Origin: Candidatus Moranbacteria bacterium RIFOXYA12_FULL_35_19
GTDB lineage: Bacteria; Patescibacteriota; Minisyncoccia; Moranbacterales; UBA2206
Direction: 5' to 3'
Assembly (NCBI GenBank): GCA_001784805.1
Contig: MFSE01000006.1
Coordinates: forward strand, 1 to 52,706
Length of the DNA stretch: 52,706 nucleotides
Under the pieces are notes generated by a model that was not told where the DNA came from, ran no database searches, and was given only the letters and a program-made list of their open reading frames with translations. Positions 47,281-52,706 of the stretch are shown here, piece after piece. Position 1 is the stretch's first letter. Every line of letters starts with the position of its first letter. The translations under genes and the position numbers were made by a program.

Positions 47281-48158
47281 TTTTGATTATTTTTAATTCC
47301 CAATATGCCTTGTGGTCTAAAAAGCAAAAAGGCAAAAAGCAAAATAAAAGCGATTGCATCTTTATAGCCAGACGGCAAAAACCAAATACCAAAATTTTCC
47401 ACTAAACCCAAAAGAAACGAACCAAGAATTGCACCGGGGACACTGCCAACTCCACCAATGATTGCTCCCGTAAAACCCTTAATCATCAGATTTGTTCCCA
47501 TTGTCGGCGTGATATTTTGTTCTAATGAAATTAAAATTGCCGCTATTCCTGCCATTGCCGAACCGATGACAAAAGACCAACTATAAATTTTTTCTGACGA
47601 AATACCCACGATTTCCGCCACATCTTTATTATCCGCCACTGCTCGCATTGCCTTACCAATTTTTGTTTTTTTCATTAATAGATAGAGACAAAAAAATGAC
47701 AGGACTGAAATCAATATTATGATCAATTGCAAAGGAGTAATGATTGCACCAGCAACTTCTATACCCTGATTAGTTTTTATAAAATCAATTGTTTTTACAT
47801 CAGCACCAAATAGAAGCAAAGCAATCGATTCTAATAAAATTAAAAGAGCAATGCTAGCCACAAGCAAAATTGAAGCACTAGATTTTTTTGCGCGAAACGG
47901 TTTATAAAAAAATTTATTGAGCAGATATCCCAGTAAAGCGGAAAATAAAATTGTCAAAAAAATAGCCGCCACAAAATTTAATCCTACAATAGAAAAAAGC
48001 CAAAACAAAAAATATGCGGACAGGGCAATAACTCCACCGTGAGCGAAATGGACAAATTTATTAGTAGAATAAATCAAAGAAAAACCACAAGCAACCAAAG
48101 CATAAATTGCTCCAGCAATTATTCCATTGACCAATAATTGTAAAAATATGTCTAGCAT
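47277..48158 (-). CDS. livH: Branched-chain amino acid ABC permease
   Basis: NGIIAGAIYALVA.GFSLIY..FAHG, GKAMRAVA. Confidence 0.92.
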   Translation of the reverse strand: MLDIFLQLLVNGIIAGAIYALVACGFSLIYSTNKFVHFAHGGVIALSAYFLFWLFSIVGLNFVAAIFLTILFSALLGYLLNKFFYKPFRAKKSSASILLVASIALLILLESIALLLFGADVKTIDFIKTNQGIEVAGAIITPLQLIIILISVLSFFCLYLLMKKTKIGKAMRAVADNKDVAEIVGISSEKIYSWSFVIGSAMAGIAAILISLEQNITPTMGTNLMIKGFTGAIIGGVGSVPGAILGSFLLGLVENFGIWFLPSGYKDAIAFILLFAFLLFRPQGILGIKNNQK

Positions 48159-48172
48159 TTTTATGCAATATT

Positions 48173-48829
48173 TTAATTAAATGTCATTCGCCTATAAACC
48201 TCTCGCGTGCAATCAACATCTCGTTTGCAATACTCGCAAATTTCTTGGGTTTTTCCAGCTTTCCAAAAATCATAAACTTGCGAGCCATCAATGCCATCTT
48301 TAGGAGTGGGAATGCCAAGCGCTAGCGCCAAACTTTCCAAGCCTACATTGGCGTTAGCCCATTTCACCCATTCTTTCATAGTGTCATAAATGGGATAATT
48401 TCTGTAACGAGCAAAATTTAATTCATAAGCTGGTTTGACTTTGTTCACAATTGAGCGTTGATAGATGAAACGCAAATCAAAATCCATCACATTATGGCCA
48501 ATAAATTGCACGCCGTAGTCCGGCCACTGCGGATTGCGAGATGGCATACTAATAGAATCGACAATTTCCCAAAACTTTCGAAGCATCCCGACTTCATCGC
48601 CATCACCATTTAGAACTTCGACTGACTGGTCATCAATGGCATAGGCAATGCAAAGAATCCGACCGTATGCGCCATCAAAAGAAGTGCCGAGAAGATGTTG
48701 TTCGAAATCAGTTTCGCCTTCCTCTTTTTTATTTTTCTTGGCTTTTTTCTTGTCATAAAGAAAACGCAAAATTTCGTGTTTATCTTCTGATGCCGGAAGC
48801 GTTTCAATGTCCAAAAACATTTTTCGCAT
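48173..48829 (-). CDS. Stand-alone PolB-like 3'-5' exonuclease (DEDDy)
   Basis: FLDIET, GHNVMDFD, EYCKRDV. Confidence 0.85.
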   Translation of the reverse strand: MRKMFLDIETLPASEDKHEILRFLYDKKKAKKNKKEEGETDFEQHLLGTSFDGAYGRILCIAYAIDDQSVEVLNGDGDEVGMLRKFWEIVDSISMPSRNPQWPDYGVQFIGHNVMDFDLRFIYQRSIVNKVKPAYELNFARYRNYPIYDTMKEWVKWANANVGLESLALALGIPTPKDGIDGSQVYDFWKAGKTQEICEYCKRDVDCTREVYRRMTFN

Positions 48830-48884
48830 ATATTTTTTATTTAATTAAATTAATTACATAATTAAAATGTCTAAAATTTAAACA

Positions 48885-48914
48885 TAGGTATGTGCGTAGG
48901 TACGACCGTAGGTA
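48885..48914. promoter_or_regulatory. Three TAGGTA direct repeats with 12-bp period
   Basis: TAGGTA at 48885, 48897 and 48909 in the divergent intergenic region. Confidence 0.5.
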
Positions 48915-49065
48915 ACCTTATTATATATTATACACTATTTTTTCCTATTAAAAAACTCCCACTAAACACAACCGCTTATATTTCATGATGGCAAAATGAA
49001 ATATAAAGCAATAGTTGTTGTATTACTAATTATCAACAACTACAACTAATTGACTAATATGAATT

Positions 49066-49233
49066 ATGACAAAAAATAAAAAACAACGCGTGACCTTATT
49101 CCTCAATCCAAACCTTTTGAAACACGCCAAAGCCCAAGCCATCGTTAAGGAAATCAGCCTGACTGCGCTAATGGAAAAAGCTTTATCCAAATATTTACCG
49201 AAAGAAACTATCATTAAAAAAGATGCCATATAA
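49066..49233 (+). CDS. Ribbon-helix-helix small protein (55 aa, not in ORF track)
   Basis: MTKNKKQRVTLFLNPNLLKHAKAQAIVKEISLTALMEKALSKYL..: strand-helix-helix pattern. Confidence 0.7.
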   Translation: MTKNKKQRVTLFLNPNLLKHAKAQAIVKEISLTALMEKALSKYLPKETIIKKDAI

Positions 49234-49305
49234 GTTTATTTTAATAATTAAAAATGGCCTAGAAAGTATCCGTTTTAAAATTAATAATTAACTAACAACA
49301 ACAAT

Positions 49306-49662
49306 ATGGATTCATCAAATTCTCCCAGCACAAAACCACTTTATCGGGGCACACAAATTGTTTGGTATCTTCTTGGTCTCTTGGAAGTACTACTCGCATT
49401 TCGATTCGTTTTAAAATTACTTGGAGCCAATCCATCTGCCGGATTTTCTAGCTTTATCTATGGAATAACCTACATTTTTACCGCTCCTTTTCTAAGTGTG
49501 TTTGGTATGTCAAAAGTTTCGGGCAGTATTTTCGAATGGACAACTCTTCTAGCGATGTTTGTTTATGGAGTGATTGCTTACGGAATTATTAAACTGTTTT
49601 TGATAGGAAAAACAGTTTCCACCCTGGAAGCCGCCGAAAAACTAAACGCGCAAGAAAAATAA
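49306..49662 (+). CDS. YggT-like membrane protein
   Basis: LLAFRFVLKLLGANP..FIY.IT..F..PF. Confidence 0.75.
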   Translation: MDSSNSPSTKPLYRGTQIVWYLLGLLEVLLAFRFVLKLLGANPSAGFSSFIYGITYIFTAPFLSVFGMSKVSGSIFEWTTLLAMFVYGVIAYGIIKLFLIGKTVSTLEAAEKLNAQEK

Positions 49663-49681
49663 TCAACTAACTAAAAAATAT

Positions 49682-49921
49682 ATGGGTATTATTTTGTGGA
49701 TTGTCTTTGGGGCAATCGTAGGCGTAGTCGCTTCAATGGTTATGGGAAATAAGGACAGTTTGATAATAGACATTATCATAGGTATAGTCGGAGCAGTATT
49801 AGGCGGGTGGCTGATGAGTTTTTTCGGAAAAGGCGGAGTTACCGGATTCAATTTATACAGCTTTCTAGTAGCTTTGCTCGGAGCAGTGGTACTGATTGCT
49901 ATTGTGAGAGCTATTCGTTAA
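49682..49921 (+). CDS. GlsB/YeaQ/YmgE (transglycosylase-associated) membrane protein
   Basis: IILWIVFGAIVG..IIIGIVGAVLGG..VALLGAVVL. Confidence 0.88.
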   Translation: MGIILWIVFGAIVGVVASMVMGNKDSLIIDIIIGIVGAVLGGWLMSFFGKGGVTGFNLYSFLVALLGAVVLIAIVRAIR

Positions 49922-49939
49922 AAACAATCACAGAATTGA

Positions 49940-49970
49940 AATAAAAATACCCGAACTGGGTATTTTTATT
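49940..49970. terminator. Bidirectional terminator-like hairpin
   Basis: aataaaaataccc-gaact-gggtatttttatt. Confidence 0.7.
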
Positions 49971-49989
49971 ATTGTGTCATTTTTTCCAT

Positions 49990-50033
49990 AAAAAAACCCA
50001 GGGAGCTAAGTTCTAGCTCTCCCTGGGTTTTTG
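49990..50033. terminator. Terminator-like hairpin
   Basis: aaaaacccagggag...ctccctgggttttt. Confidence 0.7.
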
Positions 50034-50046
50034 CCTTTTCGGCAAT

Positions 50047-50148
50047 TTATTTTTCTTTTTTTGGAGGAAGTTTTACCTTTTCTTCCCCAAGGAACATCCA
50101 GCTCAAAAGCCATGTGTATTTTATGGCCTTGATTATTTTTTCCGTCAT
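50047..50148 (-). CDS. Candidate 33-aa small protein
   Basis: AAGGGAG SD then MTEKIIKAIKYTWLLSWMFLGEEKVKLPPKKEK*, followed by a terminator. Confidence 0.4.
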   Translation of the reverse strand: MTEKIIKAIKYTWLLSWMFLGEEKVKLPPKKEK

Positions 50149-50513
50149 CGCTTTCTCCCTTTTTTGATTGTTTAACAACCCGACGTTGCGGATTGCGATT
50201 AAAAAAACTAAGCAACAAAAAAGCAAAAAACACTCTGAATGAGTATTTTTGTTTTTTTGTATCCCAATTTTTTGCGATTAGTCCAAAATCTATTCGTGCA
50301 CTGTACTAAAATGCACTAGGGATTCATATAGCTCCCATTGGCATTGGCGTTCTCCGACGTAAAGTCGGAGTCGACCGCCGGACAATAACCAATGCATCCC
50401 ATTATATCTTTTGACGGATATAACTTTAAATTAGGACACATCTCTGGATTATTGTCAAATTCTCCCTAGAAAGGAGGTGATCCATCGACAGGTTCCCCTA
50501 CCGATGCCTTGTT

Positions 50514-51349
50514 CATGTTTCTATTCTCCGCGTTTCCACGGGCATGGACTATATCTTCATCCCGATTAAATCGGGAGCTAACGTGTAGTCTCTACGGGGT
50601 CAAAGGCAGTTTGTAAATCATATCGGGATGCATATAAGGAAAAACTATTTCCTTAAATTTTTTAATATTACCAACTGGAATGTAAAGTCTATTACCTTTA
50701 CTGTCCCAATTAAGATTCGCTTGAAAATTAAAATTATTTTTCAAGCAATCTATGAGCAACAAATTTTCTTCCCTTGAAAAACTATGTGTACTTATAGTAA
50801 CGGTTTTCTTAGAAGTACTAAGACTGCCGTCATCCATAAACCACACAGCCAAACTTATTGGATGTACGAAAATTTTTTTAATATTTAGTGGAATTATTTT
50901 TCTCTTAACCGGATAGAATGTCTTTCGAAATTCTGTCATTTGCGGGTGAGAAATTGTCCTGAATCTAAATGACTGATGTTGCGCTAAATATTTCGGTTGG
51001 GTCAAAACCCAGCCTTTAAATATTTCAGCAGCCCAGAAAACATAGTCTTTATGTTCAGCTTTCTGTTCCACCTGCAAACGAAAACTTTTTCCTGTTAAGG
51101 TCGAAATTAGAGAACCATCGCCTAGAATTTTTCCAATCAAAAATCCTTTTTGAATTTCTGTGAGTTCCAAACTATCTCTAATATTCCTAACAATTTTCGA
51201 ATTCCAATTTTTTATACCTCGACTTCCCACGGTATTACCATAAATTAATTATGCTTTAATTATAACATACTTAACTTTTAGGCTTCACCGTTATAGTTAG
51301 TTTTTTCATGAGGATTACTCCTCAAGGTCGCAACGATTAGGGTAATCAA
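50514..51349 (-). mobile_element. Group I intron in 16S rRNA after the U1498 equivalent
   Basis: Exon ends in U and intron ends in G; guide GUUGCGAC pairs with GUCGU (U.G) and AAC; R element GTAGAGACTAC and S element AAGATATAGTCC. Confidence 0.93.
50592..51230 (-). CDS. Two-motif LAGLIDADG homing endonuclease
   Basis: LIGKILGDGSL and LAVWFMDDGSL; inside the group I intron. Confidence 0.92.
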   Translation of the reverse strand: MGSRGIKNWNSKIVRNIRDSLELTEIQKGFLIGKILGDGSLISTLTGKSFRLQVEQKAEHKDYVFWAAEIFKGWVLTQPKYLAQHQSFRFRTISHPQMTEFRKTFYPVKRKIIPLNIKKIFVHPISLAVWFMDDGSLSTSKKTVTISTHSFSREENLLLIDCLKNNFNFQANLNWDSKGNRLYIPVGNIKKFKEIVFPYMHPDMIYKLPLTP

Positions 51350-51438
51350 ACGACTTCACCCTTATCATCGATCCCACCCTGGCCCCCGATTTAATTCGGA
51401 GTCTTCCGGTGTTACCGACTCTCTTGGTGTGACGGGCG

Positions 51439-52344
51439 ATTATCTATCTAAAACTAGACATTGATGTTCCCATCGTGCCTGCGGATTTCCCGCACACGAC
51501 GAGCTCTAATGCATTTTTTGCTTAAGGGCATAAATTTTTCTAAGCCCAGATTCTTTAAAATGATAATTTTTCATAACCAGTTTAATAATTCTGCAAAAAA
51601 TTTCAAAGTCACCTTTCTTCGAGCGTAATCTCAAAGAATTCCTTTTAAAAAATGGAATAATAATTTTTTCCAAATCATTTCTATTGGCTACTTCAAAACG
51701 ATAACAATCTTGATGATTTTTTCGCTTATCTGGTTGAAAGTAAACATTGCCACAACCAAAATATTTTTTAAGCTTATACAGAATTTTTTTATCTTTCGCT
51801 ATAAGTTTCAAATAAAATCTTGGTTCGACTTTTGTTCGTCTTTTAACTTCCTTCTTAGAATCAGGATTTTTTACATAAACTGTAAAGCTTCCTTCTCCAT
51901 CGACTAAGCCAACAATATAATTTGGATTTATTTTTTCCATATGCTATTGAGTGAATCCTTCTCCCGTCCCGCTTAGCGGGACAGAATACTATGATTCAGC
52001 TGACTTCTTACGCTGCGTAAGTTTCGTTATTACAATTTTATTATAACATAAAATTGAAACAGCGCAAGATCTCCTAGGGTTATTTAATATTCTTTTCTTT
52101 ACATTCCAGTAAGTCTTTTGCATGCCTGCCTCGTCGGCAGACGGGCATCTTCCCTATGCTCACCACCTGTTCAAAGGTCGATGCGACTTTCCCGATATAT
52201 CGGGATAAACTGGACTGTAATTTGCCTTCAGATCCTTCACCGTCATTCTCGCGAATGACGACTACCTGTTAGCTACGCTCCGATTGGGTTTCGGAGGGAG
52301 AGATTTAAACTCTCTAGATTATTAAACTGCCTAGCGCTTTTATT
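51439..52344 (-). mobile_element. Group II-like intron in 16S rRNA between the C1399 and C1400 equivalents
   Basis: Splits GTACTCAC|CGCCCGTC; ends in AT; domain-V-like hairpin CGTCGTGTGCGGGAAATCCGCAGGCACGATG at 51471-51501; no U|..G group I ends. Confidence 0.8.
51506..51940 (-). CDS. Single-motif LAGLIDADG homing endonuclease
   Basis: YIVGLVDGEGSF..YFGCG..IIPFF..KKGDFEIF; stops just before domain V. Confidence 0.93.
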   Translation of the reverse strand: MEKINPNYIVGLVDGEGSFTVYVKNPDSKKEVKRRTKVEPRFYLKLIAKDKKILYKLKKYFGCGNVYFQPDKRKNHQDCYRFEVANRNDLEKIIIPFFKRNSLRLRSKKGDFEIFCRIIKLVMKNYHFKESGLRKIYALKQKMH

Positions 52345-52571
52345 GTGAGTACAAGATCCGAGAACGTATTCACCGTGATATGGCTGATTCACGATTACTA
52401 GTGATTCCGGCTTCATGAGGTCGAGTTGCAGACCTCAATCCGAACTGAGACCATCTTTATGGGATTAGCTCCGCCTTACGGCTTAGCAACCCTTTGTAAT
52501 GGCCATTGTAGCACGTGTGTAGCCCAGGGCGTCAAAGGGCCACGCTGATCTGACGTCATCCCCGCCTTCCT

Positions 52572-52692
52572 CCCAGAACTTTGTTCGCTAGCGAACAAAG
52601 TAAATTCCAAATTCCAAGATACAAATCCCAAATTTTGGTTATTGTGCCTTGATTATTGGTCATTACTTTGCGCTATCGCGCAAAGTTCTGGG
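52572..52692 (-). other. About 110-nt structured insertion extending 16S helix 40
   Basis: CCCAGAACTTTG/CAAAGTTCTGGG stem replaces the short hairpin between GAGACTGCC and GGAGGAAGG. Confidence 0.85.
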
Positions 52693-52706
52693 CAGTCTCG
52701 TGTGAC

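Larger units (their letters stand above)
50468..52706 (-). rRNA. rrs: 16S rRNA, 3' part (exons 52706-52345, 51438-51350, 50513-50468)
   Basis: GGATGACGTCA, GGGCTACACACGTGCTACAATGG, CGGTGAATACGTTC, CGCCCGTCACACCA, AAGTCGT|AACAAGG, GGATCACCTCCTT. Confidence 0.98.

Noticed and set aside
49026-49229. 67-aa minus-strand ORF
   Set aside because: Antisense shadow of the RHH ORF at 49066-49233.
50006-50233. 75-aa minus-strand ORF
   Set aside because: Runs through terminator hairpins; an alternative short frame has a better SD.
50280-50460. Spacer tRNA after 16S
   Set aside because: No T-loop GTTCRA or cloverleaf found on either strand.
2696-51907. Many short ORFs antisense to or overlapping long genes
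   Set aside because: Shadow frames of well-supported genes with no motifs of their own.
51439-52344. Second intron as group I
   Set aside because: The 5' exon ends in C and the intron ends in AU, not U|...G. A domain-V-like hairpin is present instead.

Overview
AT-rich chromosomal segment, most likely from a Patescibacteria/CPR (Parcubacteria-like) bacterium. This assignment is inferred from gene content and the intron-containing 16S rRNA. Most genes are on the minus strand. They include a glycan cluster (murJ, DUF4012, three GT4, a WcaJ-type transferase), rnpB, valS, pheT/pheS, secF/secD, secA, hpf, murB/murC/murG/ftsW, trmD/khpA, a rearranged liv-type ABC locus with RhuM and MNT-HEPN cargo, and the 3' part of a 16S rRNA gene. 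The 16S gene is split by a group I intron and an atypical group II-like intron, each with a LAGLIDADG ORF, and it also has a helix-40 insertion. The most striking signal is several families of tiny palindromic or heptad-repeat elements inserted in frame in essential genes (valS, pheT x4, pheS, secD, secA, murB, murC, trmD), nested in each other and in rRNA. Candidate mobilising nucleases (RAYT/Y1, GxxExxY, GIY-YIG) lie in the same window, and the RAYT gene itself carries a 48-bp palindrome identical to the one in valS. All calls come from reading motifs by eye; no searches were run.
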